From: Marsupella aquatica
Taxonomy: Eukaryota > Plantae > Marchantiophyta
Length of the DNA stretch: 64,000 bases
Assembly (NCBI GenBank): GCA_973895155.1
Contig: OZ316891.1
Location: 3,485,801-3,549,800, forward strand
Direction of reading: 5' to 3'
The notes under the pieces are model-generated. The model saw only the letters and a list, made by a program, of their open reading frames with translations, had not been told where the DNA came from and did not search any database. Below, in pieces: positions 39,629 through 53,200 of this stretch (position 1 is the stretch's first letter; the number at the start of each line of letters is the position of its first letter). A program made the translations under genes and the position numbers.

Positions 39629-41345
39629 TGTCGTATAGCCAAAAGAACAAAAAGGAACACTTTTTACATAAAGACTCGGAATACGATCCCTTTAAGAACA
39701 GATTTGGAAAGAATTGAATGAATTTATCTCTCTGAGTAATCTAAAGCTCTCAGCACATAGATTTCTTGTTTCTCACTAAAAGATCAAATAAACAAAACAC
39801 CAAAGTAAAATAAACTTCTGTCTTATGAGTCAAGAGAGAGTCAATTATGGTCTGAAAACTCTGATTAGCTATTGCCACTCCTTCAAAAAGGACTATGGTC
39901 TTAGAATAGACATAAAACAAGTCGCATAACTCACTAATTTCTCTCCTGACTAAATAAAATTGCATGATAAGGAATTTCCAATTTGCTAAACAAGTATTGC
40001 TCTGGTTACAAATGTAATGATATGACTTAAGATGCCGACAACATAGTTTGACATCAGCGATACGCAATTCCGTCAAACACTAAATCATATTCCATAAACA
40101 AAGTAACGGTACTGAATACTCTGAGAACCAAACTTTACTTCTCACATATCAAACAACAACTCTTGAATTAGCTAGCGAATCTTGACCCTTCAAGCATGCC
40201 TAGCAGTGAATTCAATGTAAGTCACAGAAGTTTGTAACTGAATTCAAGTATCAAGAAATTTCTTGAATTCATAAATTCAAACATAAGTTTTACTTCCATA
40301 CAAGACTTTTCTTGTTAAAATGGAAGGAGGGAAACTAACAGAAGTCTGATTGGAATTGTCCCCCCTCTTCCGAATGGAAAAAACATGAGGTTTTATAAGT
40401 AAAGGTTCCCTTAACTGAAAAGGCATGACTTTTCAAACCTCATATATCTAAAAGACAATCCTAAAAGAAATAAAGAAATACATTGGAGACTTAGTGGACG
40501 CTTTGTAGAGCGTCGGTGCTTTCCGGTAAAACTAATAAACAGTGGTGTTAATCTAATTTTAACTTCTAAACTAAAAGTCGGAATGAGCTGAGACTTTTCT
40601 AGAGTACTCTACTACATATAATCTCTATGCTGGTAAAGTTTTAGACTTCTCTGAGGTCTCTAAGTGCCTCAAATAAATCGGTGAAAGTGGCACGGTGTTA
40701 TAAAAGTGCGGAAATCAGAAATATTTCTAAGTGTCGGGAAGATAGTGGACGCTTCAGAAAGCGTCCGAACCCACAAAGGACTTTTGTGGACGCTTCAGAA
40801 AGCGTCGGCTAAATTTTGAGGTTTGGTCGCGGCGTCCGTCTTCCGGCCTTCAGGTGGGACGCTTCAGAAAGCGGCGAAGTCTGTCTTGGCGGACGCTTCA
40901 GAAAGCGTCGATTCTGCTTTGTCTTCGAACATGGTTGGACGCTTCACAAGGCGTCACTTCTCATGTGGACGCTTCAGAAAGCGTCTCATCGCACTTTGGG
41001 GTTAGCGGACGCTTCAGAAAGCGTCTTAAAGCGTCCGGTGTCTGGTTCGAATAGACGTTTCCCGAAGCGTCTTCTGTTCCGTGGTATCGGTGAAGGACGG
41101 CTCAAAAAGCGTCATGGTTAAGGGGGTCGCATCTGGTTGGCAGCAACCATGGACGCCTCAGCTGTCTTGAGGTTTATTGGCTTTGTAACTGGGGACGCTT
41201 CAGAAAGCGTCCTTAGTTAGACTAAGTGAGTTAACCGCCAAATGGAAAGTAGACGCTTCAGAAAGCGTCGTTTTTGCTCAAAAAGTTTGAAACGATTCAG
41301 ATTTTTCTCTTATGGTCGTGTTTCAGCAAAAGTCTCCTTTCCACA
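39629..41345 (-). mobile_element. Solo LTR C (1717 bp), ORF-less relative of LTRs A and B
   Basis: TG...CA ends, TSD CTTAC (39624-28, 41346-50). The minus-strand 3' block tgttcttaaagggatcgtattccgagt matches tgttcttaacgggaacgaataccgagt of LTR B. Confidence 0.85.
40747..41270. repeat. Array of ~12 hairpin repeats GGACGCTTCAGAAAGCGTC with variable spacers inside LTR C
   Basis: Copies near 40747, 40788, 40857, 40891, 40937, 40967, 41007, 41053, 41095, 41152, 41193 and 41251; outlier at ~40497. Confidence 0.9.
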
Positions 41346-42547
41346 CTTACAATAATGGACATTTACAATTTAATGGACACTTACAATGCAATAACGGACA
41401 CTTACAATAATGCCTGGACCCTTAATCTACTTTTACATTCTCCCCCAGGTCCATGAAAACAAAGGGTCCGCCAAGTAGAAAAGAGACCATCAATGAAATG
41501 ATCAAGACAAGACTTGAACAGTGTCATTTGCAAGTTCCTAGCTTCATCCAAAATATTCATCATGTATTATCCATCTGGGAATAGTTTGATACAACATTTT
41601 GATCAATAATGAACTGTCTTGGACCTTAATCCGGACCTTAATCTTTTACATTTTGTCACCAATAATTTTTTCTTCTTTCAACAGCTGAAAATGTGCAAGG
41701 TTGAAATACTTTGGATATCAACATATGCTAATAGCACTAATTTTTTATATCAAACTGCCAAAAGCAGAAGGCGCCCAACTGGGAGACAAGATTCCACAGG
41801 CCAAAAACCCAATCAAGGGAGAACACAAAAAAGGCCAAAACATTTATCAGTTTAGGGTTAACAGCAGGCAGGGTTTCTCGCACAAGAGGAGACACAAAAA
41901 CCAAACCCTACCTATCAACATACTGAAGAGCCTGGTCAAGCTCAGGCGTAAACTGCATAGGAGGGTTAAGCAAAGGAATCCGACTAGGTGCCCGAAACCC
42001 ACCTGCCTCTCTCTTTCAAAGAATGGTTAAAACACAATAAGAAGGACCCACTAACTTAAAGTATGGTTGGTTTATAGTGCCCCTAGCTAACTATACCATT
42101 TTTCAATAATTAGTACATGGTTGAATCTCAACAAAAGCTTGAGCAACCCCAATTTGCAACATAAAAACTCTCAACCCAAACGGGCTTTTGACCCACAGCA
42201 AATAATGGCCAAAACTCTCTTAATGCGCCTTTGAATACTAATGTACCCGAGTAGAACTAAATAAACATAGTGAAAAATCAAAAAGAATAACTAAGAAATT
42301 TAAAGTATGGTTGGTTTAAAGTTCCTCATTCTTATTTGGTACGTTAATTTTGAATTCTCTTTGGCCCTGAGTTCCCGAGACAAATTATAAATTGTAATAG
42401 TTTCACAACAAACACAAATGGACCTTGTATTTGTTTAGGTTTGGATCTGGCACAACCATTGGCCCGGAATTTTGAAATGGACATGTCACAAGAGACCACA
42501 TGGGCGCCCACAATGAGGTTTGACTACGTGGTTAAGGGTTCAGGGGC

Positions 42548-42951
42548 TTTAGGGTTTAGCTAGGGTTTAGTTAGGGTTTAGGCTGAAACCCTTAAAAACC
42601 CTAAACCCTGAACATGAAACCCTAGAACCCTAAACATTACTTAGGTTAACTTTATTTAACCTTAAGCCTAAACATCGATAACAGTCCTTAATCCTAATAT
42701 GCTCGGGGGGTTGACTATCAAAAATCTTAGGAACCACGTGCGATCCAAAACAGGTATTTTTCATAGAAATTAGCTAAGATGACTTTGGGCTAATTGTACA
42801 AATAAATAATGGTTGCACAAGACTGAGAGAGGCCTTTGTAGTAAGTTAAATTAATAATGGTTGCACAAGGATTAAGAGATCAAGGATTACCCTAGGGGTT
42901 AAACACATAATATATATAATCAGATTTAGGGTTTAGGGGTTTAGGGTTTAG
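42548..42951. repeat. Interstitial plant telomere-like / telobox motifs
   Basis: TTTAGGG-like run 42548-42582, CCCTAAA-like run 42587-42635, another run 42925-42951; also (TTTAGGG)3 at 36959-36983. Confidence 0.7.
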
Positions 42952-43290
42952 ATATAATAAGATTAAGGGGCGGTTACCCGAGTAGGTTTAATAATTCATA
43001 TGTGACATTGTGAAATCTTAGGCGAGTATTACCATTAGTTATAGGCTATTAAATAATGGTAGTAAAAAGAACAAATCAGGTTACCTTAGTAATTTAAATA
43101 AATTATGATAGTAAAAAGATTGAATGAGGTTACCTTAGTAGGTTAAATAATGATGGTAGTAAAAATATTAAATGAGGTTAAATAAATTATGGTAGTACAA
43201 ATGGTAAATTTAATCGTAAAGGAAGTAAGTTACCTTAGTAGTAAATGTATAATGGGTGCAAATTAAAAGATTAGGTGAGGATCCCCCTAG
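42790..43290. repeat. Degenerate ~50-bp AT-rich tandem repeat
   Basis: Recurring ggttaccttagtag.ttaaataat..tggtagtaaaaa units. Confidence 0.6.
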
Positions 43291-46200
43291 CAAGTTAAAA
43301 ATTTGTTTCAATTTACAAGCATATAATTGAAAATTTTATTAATTTTACGGCCAAGGCCTTGTAAACTTTTCTCTGCTCGAAGGGTACCTCCGGGCATTTA
43401 CAAGACAAGATATGATCAGTTTGCATCAGATCGATTGGGCATGAGAATCAGTTACCGAAGGCCAAGGCAATCATAACCAGGTCAAAATTCAAAATTCAAA
43501 ATTCCCCCCAAAAGTTTCATTTTTAAATGCGAACTTCCAGAATCCTCTTGTGGAGTCAAAAACGTTAAGTCTGTTTTGATTGTCTATGGAGTTCATTTAC
43601 TAGGAAAGGGTTTTGATTCAGGAGAGCGCTTCAAGCTGCGAGGAGAGCGCTTCAAGCTGCGAGGAGAGTGCTTCAAGTGCTGGGAGGGGATACTTCAAGA
43701 GGAGAGCTGGGAGGAGTTCTTAGAGTAGAGATTGTTCAAGGAGATAGAGATTAACATTGAAGAGTGATCAAGGAGATTAAACAGTCAGCCTTCATCAAAG
43801 AGTCATAGTGTGCGACTATAGAGGAACTGGCAAGAGACTGCACGAGTTATTTGTTGATGAAGATTGAGTGAACTGTCTAGAGTGGCAGAGAAGATATACA
43901 AGCTGTATGTGTCTTGAAACTGTAAGTAACCATCCATTCGAGTTCTTCCTTTTTGCATTAGTTCTTCTTCAATCTTAGAATGAGAGATTGAATTGATGAA
44001 TTAGATTGTGATGTGTGAACTCAATTCACTTCATAATATATATGAATCTTGAACTCAAGAATCATTCCCTAACTCGAACTTAAGTGAGAATTTAATCATT
44101 AAGATTGTAGATTGTATTTGTAACTGAGTAATATATATGATTCATTCTAATGTTTGATGAGGTTAATCTTTTGTTAACCTGTTCAACTTCAATCATAATC
44201 TACCTGAGTGTAGATTTTCACAAACTAACTAGCGTTAATGTTACTTGACATACATATTTAAAATTGAACGCATATAAGCAAACAAAGATACTTGAATGAA
44301 AGTAACATATATGTATGTGCTTTCTCCTAGATTTAACACCAAATAACTTGTGGGAGAATATTATCATGATAAGTATTTGTGGTTGGTACATGAGCCTACC
44401 TTTGTCATGTTGTGGTTTTCTTAAACAAATGACTTCTGAGGTGACTAGGAAACCTCTAATACTTCAAGTAGATGATCAAAACTTTAAAAAATGACCATGA
44501 ACCATGGTTTGTGTGCCTAGTAAGAGGCTTATCTGATGGCATTAATTATCTAATACTCGGAGTGAACCAACTCTACACCTACATGTAAAAAGTGACTTTG
44601 AACCATGGTTCAAACCATATCAAACTAACTCAACTTGTAGATGGGAAAATGAAAGGTGAGTGCAAATCATGCATGGTACGTAGCCCTTGAATTAATGAGC
44701 CTTATTTAACAGCATCATCTAAAACTAGGAGTAAATTACCAAATTGACTAGTATACTCCTAGCTAGAAAAATAAAAATGTGACTATGACCAAAGGCCACA
44801 AACCATGGTTCATAGTCACATGATCTATATGATACATGAACCTCAGTCTCCTGCTTTGCTTAATAAGTATGATTATAACTCTCTTTAATATTGTTTACAT
44901 TCTGGTCAAGAGAAACTCATACATAAGTCCAATAGAATACATTTGATAAAGACTTTCTTATGAATTCTAAACTGATGGAATTATTACACATCAAACAATT
45001 ATAATGCAAGATGACTTTCTCTTGTAATACTGATTTGCTTTTGTTTTAACATGTATCATTCATGGTGAATTTAAACCTAGCCTGAACACTGTTTCTTGAT
45101 GACAATACTATAAAAACACCCCATAAGAAACACTTCATATCTATAATATGATAAAAGATAGTCATGGTAATTATACGCCTTAGTACTTTTCTTATATTCT
45201 CATTAATGGAGCGAACCATGGTTTGCAGTTGCCATCTTGTGGTAAGACATCATTTAAGTATGTAGTAGTTTAGGGTTTTGGGTCAAATGTACACAATTCT
45301 TCTTGAACTCAATGGTAAGTAACAACCTGCCAACTTAGTTGTGAGGGCAACTCATCTCAGACAATTACACGAGAGTTCAAGGCTATTGAGAAACAAGGGA
45401 AACAAAGTAGGTCTGGAAAACTAAGACAAAAAGTATACGGTCCCTTGGGTATATTCAGAGAAAAAAACAACAACTATATCTTAGGAACAGAGGTTAACTT
45501 TGATTTGGATTGAATGTGCAGATAAAATAATGGCGACATCTTGGATTATTGTCGGTGAAACCGTAGGTTTGTGCATATCAAATAAAATGGTTGCGAAGGG
45601 TATCATTCAAAGTGTGGATCCATCTCGGATTTGCCATAATGTTCCTCTTGGGCCTCTTCAAGTTCTTGTTACTTTGAAAGAAGTATTTGATGGGGAAATT
45701 CAATGGGATCATGGTGAAAGCTTGGCTGACATGATAGGATCATTTCTAGTCTGGAAAAAAGGTCAACTTCAGCAACTTGAAATGGTTACTGGATACCTAC
45801 CTAATACCTCATACAAGAATGGAGCTTCAACGAGCAATGGAAGTGATACCAGCCAACCAGAGATCTCAAATGAGAACGAAGCTCAAGGAAACCAACCGGA
45901 GTGGTCAAATGAGAATGGAGTTGAATCTAGTGGAAATCCTCTTCGAATTTCATCCACAAGTTTATGGATGGGAATGGTTGTTAAAGTACTTGATGAAACA
46001 CATTTTGCCTTTGCCATTGCAAGAGTAATGGCTGTTAATCCAGAAGTGACATTGGGAGATACTACTCTTCGAAATACACATGTGGGAATCTTGATTGATG
46101 AATATATTCAAGGTGCAACCAATGATCACCTGAAACATAGAGATTGTTTGAGGGCGTGGCCATTGGATAGGCTTGTCACAAGTAACGGAAGGCTATTAGC

Positions 46201-46297
46201 CTCATTTTTTGTAGATGCAGAGGAGGAGGATCTAGATGCTTCAAGTCGAAAGAGATCATACATTCCAATAACCAGAAAAAGAAAACAACCTTCTCTT

Positions 46298-49200
46298 TGT
46301 GGATATACAGTAAACTTGAAAAGCTAAGATTAAGTGCAAATTTTTAAATTTTCTGGTCGCTAAAGTTTAAGTTCACTTAAACTTACATTTTTTACGCCTT
46401 TTAGTAAGATACGATCTTACGATCTTACGATCTTACGATCTTACGATCTTATTACCTTACGATTTACGAACTTACGCGGTACTAGAAGATTACGCCGTTG
46501 CAAGACTAACGGGCGGAAAGTACACTATGAGCCGCATCGCGTGAAATCTTACGACCAGAGCGAATCACTCTCTGCATGACTATTTCCGACGCTTACAAGC
46601 ATCGCTCCGCTTCATCTGATCAGCATCCACCTCAAGATTGTGAACCCGGGAGCTATGGCAACATTCGATTGTGATGAGGAATACCTCATTGATTCTGTGG
46701 CAATTCCAAAAGCGCTCGTCATCAGGCTCCCCAGGACCGAAGAGAGCTTGGACTGGAGAAATTATTACGACTACCATGGACTTCAGAGTTGGACACCTAC
46801 CTGGAAGATTTTGTCAGAGGATCAATTGTCGCCTCACCTTCGCCTACTTCTATTCGAGGACGGCCCAGCAAATGGACCATAGATCACTTCGCGTATGCTT
46901 TTGGATGTTCTGCTGACGGAGAAGCGCTACTTTCGCCCAAGGATGATACATCAACTCCATACTTTTCAGGTACCCGGAATAAGAGAAATGGCTGGAATGT
47001 GAGTCAATGCAATCATTTGGAGCTAAGAATTCTTTTGGAATTTTTGGTTCCTATTTTTCATCCCAAGAAACCAATTGTTTGCTCCATTTCTCTGGCCAAT
47101 ACCATCATCGCTGCGCACAATGGTAGAGTAAAGGTCAATTGGGCTTTGGTATTTTTCAATGTTGTGAGGGATCAACTTCGGACATTAAGGGCGAATCAAT
47201 CAACTCAACTGCAAAACTATCTAGCCCAGCTATACTCCGCTTTTGATTGCTCACTTCCTGAGGAGGTGATGGAGAGAGAAATCTCCAAGTTGTGGGAACA
47301 AGATGAAATTATGCCTACTACAGCAGAAGAGGCAAACGTCATATCGCCAGCTTCTCCAGGCAGCCGGGCAAGTCTTCACAATTCAAGTCCTTCAGATGAG
47401 GTACCCATGGACCTAGAAGCACTTACTACAGATGCTGAGATGATAGACTACCCAGGGATCCCCTCACCACCCCTTTCCACAGGAATTGGGAAGTTTCCTA
47501 TTCGACTTGCACAGGACGACTCCAATCAGACCCTGATCAGTAAGGTGTGTGCTTTGCTCAACTGTGACTTTCATTCACTGTACGAGACCATTGAGCAATT
47601 GCGCCATGACGCAGTGACACAGGTTCCTCCTTCTGCACTTTCATCTCCGGATCATGAGAATTCGCCATCATCTTCACCTCCAGCAGAAATTCAGCTCTCC
47701 ACAGAGGAACTTTTTGCTGTTAAGACCGTGGCTCAAATCTCAGTTCCATCCCCTACAGACTTGAAGGAGACCTCACCTACAAATTCAGAGCCTCCTCCCT
47801 GCTCATCTGTAGAACATCACTCCTGCCTTAAGATTGTCCATGAGTTAACTACTATGTTAGGCTGCCGTTCAGAAGAAGTCACCTCCATAGTCGATGAATT
47901 TCTTGATAGACCTGAACCTTCACGCTCCCCACTGCCATCCTCTCAGTTTCCCTATAGTCTTGATTCAAATTATGAGCCTACTGATAGTCTACCTCATAAA
48001 TCTTTGCACTCCACACAGCCCTTCTCTCAGCAATGATTTCCCTTTTCTGAAGATTCTGATCCTCCATCCACACCAGAATACTTCTTTCCCTATGATATTC
48101 CAGTCTGTGACTCACTAGATCAGGGATTCGAAAGAGTAATGCAGCCTTGCGATCTAACCCCAACCTTGTTGTAGTTGTCACTTCTTCTACCCAGACTCCT
48201 AGAAACGCTATCATCTATAAAATGGAGCCTAGAACACCAGAGCAACAAGTCCAGAAGTATGTCACCACTTGTAAGGTTATGCATGCCAATACACCGCCTA
48301 TAAGTGAGTTCTGGAGGTTTTATTATTTGAAGAAAGCAGAGGCTAGCTACATTTTTGATCTCAGGATGATTGGTACCTCTCGCGTGGAGTTGGCTCAGTT
48401 TGATGAGTACTGGACAGATTCAGTCTACTTCCGACCTATACTGGCCGTTATGTTTCTACAAGGTGATGTTGAAGTTGATGACCCGGATTTAATCCTGGCC
48501 TATTTGGGAAATATAGCCGCTTATGCTTTAGATTTCTTACTGATTTTTCTAAAACAGAGCAACAAGTCTACTACCCCTGATCACTCATATATTCCCACTG
48601 GACCCAAGGTTATCCTTACTTCAACCACTTCTTATGAAGACAAGCAGCGAGTATGGAACAACATCAGCACGCAGCAGCTAACAAACTACACTCGCTACTT
48701 CCGGGATGTGCAGTGGAAATTACGATCCTCCTACAACAAGATGCTGAGTACAGAGATGTTCTTACAATTCTACCCATCTGTCTACGCCAACTCGTGCAAT
48801 TGTTTAGATGTCATAGGCATCTTACGGGAAGCAATCAGAATCAACTAGTGCTTTTTGGAGAAAAGGATGCCACTTATGTATTGGGGAAGACAGATGAGAT
48901 GTCTACCTTACATCCGGGATCAACCTCACTGTGATGAAGTAAGGGAAGCTATTCGGACGCGCACTATTTGGAAAGTAGAAATTAGAGAACCAGAGGATAT
49001 TCGACAACCAAAAGATTGAAGCAGACCTGCAATTTTGTTAAGTGTCAGAGGCAGTTTCAGTTACTGTACCCCGCTCGATTTTATTAGACATGTTTTAAGA
49101 TTCCAAAACTCATCAAGTCTTTTTCAGTAGACAGCTTATACATAGGAAAACACATTGGCAAAGTCTCAATCACTTTGGATTGTCGTTAGAAAGTTAGAAA

Positions 49201-50231
49201 TACTTTAGTTTGCTTAGTTTAGGGTTATCGTTAAGTTTCCGCGACTACGACTTTACGATCTTACGATCTTATGATCTTACGAACCTACGCTTTTACGAAT
49301 TACGATCTTACGATACTACGGTAAACTTAACTTAGTTAGTTTTAGACCTTTTCATACTTAGTTTTCATTTTTGACTTTTTGAGGGTTTTGAACGGTCATG
49401 ACTCTTCAACCCCCAAGGGTTTTTCCTCGATGTTTTTCACTATAAGTATCTTCCACTACTAATAAATAGAAGTAAGTAAGTCAGACATGACTTGTCGCCC
49501 CTTGGTGTTGTCCTTGTGATTTTGGACTTTTTGAAGTTCAGAGCAGGCAATCCTAGGAGGGACTTACCTCCTTGTATTTTGGAACCCAAATACTTGAAGT
49601 AAAACCTCAGTTATGAATCTCGTGAATTATAATGTCAGATTTCGCTTTGGTGACACATTGTAATCTCACAAGTTCTTAGAGTTAACCCATTGAGTTTAAG
49701 TTGCATTGGAAATGATGTTTTCACCTTCATGTTGCTTAGTACCATCTAAATGCTGAAGTATTTATCCTTTTAGATCTTGACTAAGTATCACTTAGGAAGA
49801 AAGGTCAAGACATGTTGCCGGCATTTTAAAAGGATACTCTAGTATGCAGTTTAGATCTGAAAAGCCGTGTGGATTTGAATTCCCTTAAAGTCATTCCATT
49901 ATTGCTTATGTCTAAGGAGTAACCTTGGTATATTCCAAACTCCCTTAAACATACTCTAAGAGATTTTTCCTTGTGTTTTGTTAATTGCAACCTTTTGCTT
50001 AATTGATGGTTATATGATGTTGAGTTATCATCAAAAACTGCTCACCGCTGTGGAGCGATCTTCAAAGTACCTAATTAAAGTAGTCAAGATTGATTACTAT
50101 GTGTGACACAACAGCTTAAAGCTTTATTTTTAGTTTATTACATCAAACCAACCCAATCTTGTTCTTAACGGGAACGAATACCGAGTTTAGAGACGTAAAA
50201 GAGTTCTTTTGGTTCTCTATAGCAAACTACA
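46298..50231 (+). mobile_element. Solo LTR B (3934 bp) containing a long ORF
   Basis: TGTGG...CTACA ends, TSD CTCTT (46293-97, 50232-36), diverged but collinear with LTR A. Confidence 0.88.
46655..49019 (+). pseudogene. LTR-borne accessory ORF, homolog of 22835-25267 (frameshifts and stops)
   Basis: ORFs 46640-46882, 46789-48036 and 48147-48848 align to the LTR A ORF (EFLVPIFHPKKP; EFWRFYYLKKAEASYIFDL; QFDEYWTDSVYFRPI; EPEDIRQ). Confidence 0.8.
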
Positions 50232-53200
50232 CTCTTTCTTTGTCAAAGAAAGACAAGTCCCTTTCCAAAGAAGATGTGGAGGAAATCAGATAACAGAAAT
50301 GTTGCCTTCGTTGGTGCTGCCATCTTCTTGACCCTCATGTGGCAAGGGGGATTAGGGAGAACTATTGGGAGAAATCATTTGAGATGCGAAAAGAGTATGA
50401 GATCAATGCTATTGTCAATATATTGGCACTATCTAATACTGAAAAACTAATCATCATTGAAGGGAAGGCAATATGCTTGGAGGCATGGAGGATTTTGCAC
50501 TCCAAAGGGCGAAGTCAATTCTATGAGCTCAGAAAGGCTGTGGGTAATGGGGTGAGGATAGCTTATCATGGAAACCAAGGAAAGAGAAGGATGACTGAAC
50601 GAGTTTCTCAAGCCTATATGTCATTGCATGGGTTGATTGATGAGTGCGCAGATCTTCATCCTGCAAAAATGAGGACGACTGCAGACAAATCTTGACAAGT
50701 TTTAAAGGAGCTACCTACAAGTTATACTTGGGAAAGTATTAGGAACAAGCTCAATGCTACAAATTTAGAGCTTGGTCTTCAACCAATCTCCCAGTCCACA
50801 TTGAGTATTTTACATCAAAAGTACTTCAAGGAAGTGACGATCCATAAGAAAGGCAATAACTTTTCCAAGTGTACAACTTGTAGTGAGTTGATGCAACGGA
50901 AAGCAAATCTGACCGGTGTGAAAGAAGAGATTGAGATTTTAAAGAGGGATGAAATCGCTCATCATCGTGATCATACCGAAGGCAGATTATTATATCACTC
51001 TTGGAGACGCTAGTCTGTTGATAATCCAAAACAGGTCTTATGCATAATTCATGATAAAATGGATCATTGTAAGACTGCACTACCAAGGATGCCCTTTTGT
51101 CCGAAAGAAGTGGATGGTGCAATTAAACTTCCAATTACCTTGACTGGTATTTTGACTCATGGCCATCGTCCAAAAGCTATTGCTCAATATAATGTTGGAG
51201 TGTGGGCACCTGATGCCAATGCCACAATTGGTTCACTTGACACAATATTTTGAATGTTGGAAAATCCAGAACCGATGATCAAATCTTTAGTGGAAGGGCC
51301 AGATTCCACAAAACTATTTGAAAACTTGCTTGAGGGGCGAGGACCTATATTGGAGGGAAAACTTCGTGAAGCATTTAAGGACGAAATATCAAATCTAGGT
51401 AATTATTTCACTTCAATGCAAATAAGTGTTGTTATTTTTATGCCATATTCAGTATCAACCATGCTTCCTTTGTAAGTGATGTGACCTTCCAAGGTGTCAA
51501 CCAGAGTTCATTGTCAGTTGACATAAAGATTGTTATTATTCGCTCATGTGAGAGTCATTTTCTTAGGATATATCCTTGTTTGTTATTTTATGTGATAAGT
51601 GCAAACCATGGTTCGTTGATAGTTTATTTCAAAGTATGAACCATTCTTTATTGTTAGTTTATTTGAGAGCACAAACCATGGTTCATTGTAACTAGCTTAT
51701 TGAAAGTGTGACCCGTGGTTTGTTGTTAGTGTATGCAAAACTTGATGAGAACCATGGCTTGAACCGTTAACTATTTATTTCAGACTAGAAACTATAGTTC
51801 ATTTGAGTTTATGTTCATAAATCGTTGCCCATGATGGTATATTATTGGTTATTCTATATGTCTAAGAAAATATGTAGGCTCTATGAAAATGTTTTGGCTC
51901 TAAATTAATTATTGACCCCAATATATATGGTTCTTAAATTTTTGCAGCGAAGTCACACTCATTGGATGCGTCTACTACCTTCAAGCCTCTTCCAAGAGTT
52001 TTGAAGTTACAACTTGACAATTGTGCAGGAGATAACAAAAACAGATATGTGTTGGGTTATTTGTCCCTACTGACGGCAAGAGATGTTTTTGAAGAGATTC
52101 ATCTGGGATTTCTCATGGTCGGACATACTCATGAGGATGTTGATGCTATGTTTGGCCATTTCTCTGAAAGTTTAATGCATAACCCAACCTATTCTTTGGC
52201 AGATCTAATGTCATTGTTAATGGGGGCAAGGACTCCACATCCAGTTCCCCATTTCGTGCAAGAGGTGCCCGATTTTAAATCATACTTGGAACCTCACTTA
52301 CTTAAAGGAGGGGACTCATTGGTGGGGCATTTGCAACCACGACTATTTCGATTGTATGTGCGTGATGATGGTATGCCATGCCTTCAATACAAAATGAAAT
52401 GCCAAGAGGATGATTGGCTCCCAAGAGAAGGTATTGAGATGTGGTCGTGGACGGATGATAATAGTCCAAAACTTCCCGTAGGAGAACCAAAAAGATTACC
52501 AATGATAGAAATGGCCATGGTAGAGGAGGTGCGACAAGGACTACATAAGCTTGCAAGTGAAATTTTTTAATTTTGTCTGCAATCGAACTACTTCAGAAGA
52601 AGGAAAGGGTAGATGGGTGGCACTGATACAATACTGGAATCAAATTATCCATACTTTGGAGACAGAGGCGGTGCAATATAGATCTGGAGAGGAACACTTG
52701 GTTCATGGATTTTGGCCCATGTCAAAATGGAGAGATAGTGTTCCTTTGCAATACTGCAATGTGGCATGTGAGTTGGATGCAAAGATTGGGTATGTGGGAC
52801 CAAGGAAAGACAAACCTCGTGAAACTTTTAACCCAAGGGTAGATATCATGAAAGATAATTATATATTGGTTCGGCCAGACACAACTGACCTAGATATTTA
52901 CCCAATTTATTTGGGCAAAGTGATTAGTAATGTGGAAGAAGGAGAGTTGAATGCCAACAATCAACTTGAACATGTGTGTATTGTGGAGTGGTATAGACCT
53001 TACATGCTAAGAAAATGTGGTCAGCCAGAATATGAGCCACGACAGCGGTGGTTAGATTGTTGGAATCAACAATGGGAACGTGATCCAGGGTATTCCACTG
53101 AGACAATAAGTGTGAACACTGTACTATGGTGTTTCAAGGGACGGACCACAGCCAAAAGTGGCTTAGTTAGAATAGCAAAAAGTCATGCAATGAAAGCAAG

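Larger units (their letters stand above)
38598..42545. repeat. Tandem duplication of a ~960-bp unit; the second copy is interrupted by solo LTR C and a ~280-bp insert
   Basis: 38598-39556 matches 39557-39628 + 41346-41457 + 41735-42545 at high identity; units start at tttaggg motifs. Confidence 0.85.

Noticed and set aside
40747-41270. CRISPR-like array (palindromic repeat with unique spacers)
   Set aside because: Repeat only ~19 bp, irregular spacing, no cas genes, and it lies inside a TSD-flanked solo LTR in eukaryotic DNA.
38674-42030. Duplicated ~110-aa ORFs (38674-39030, 41701-42030) as genes
   Set aside because: Similarity is explained by the recent DNA duplication; no recognisable domain.
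22412-50231. LTR A and LTR B as the two LTRs of one retrotransposon
   Set aside because: Each has its own TSD, they are strongly diverged, and no gag/pol lies between them.
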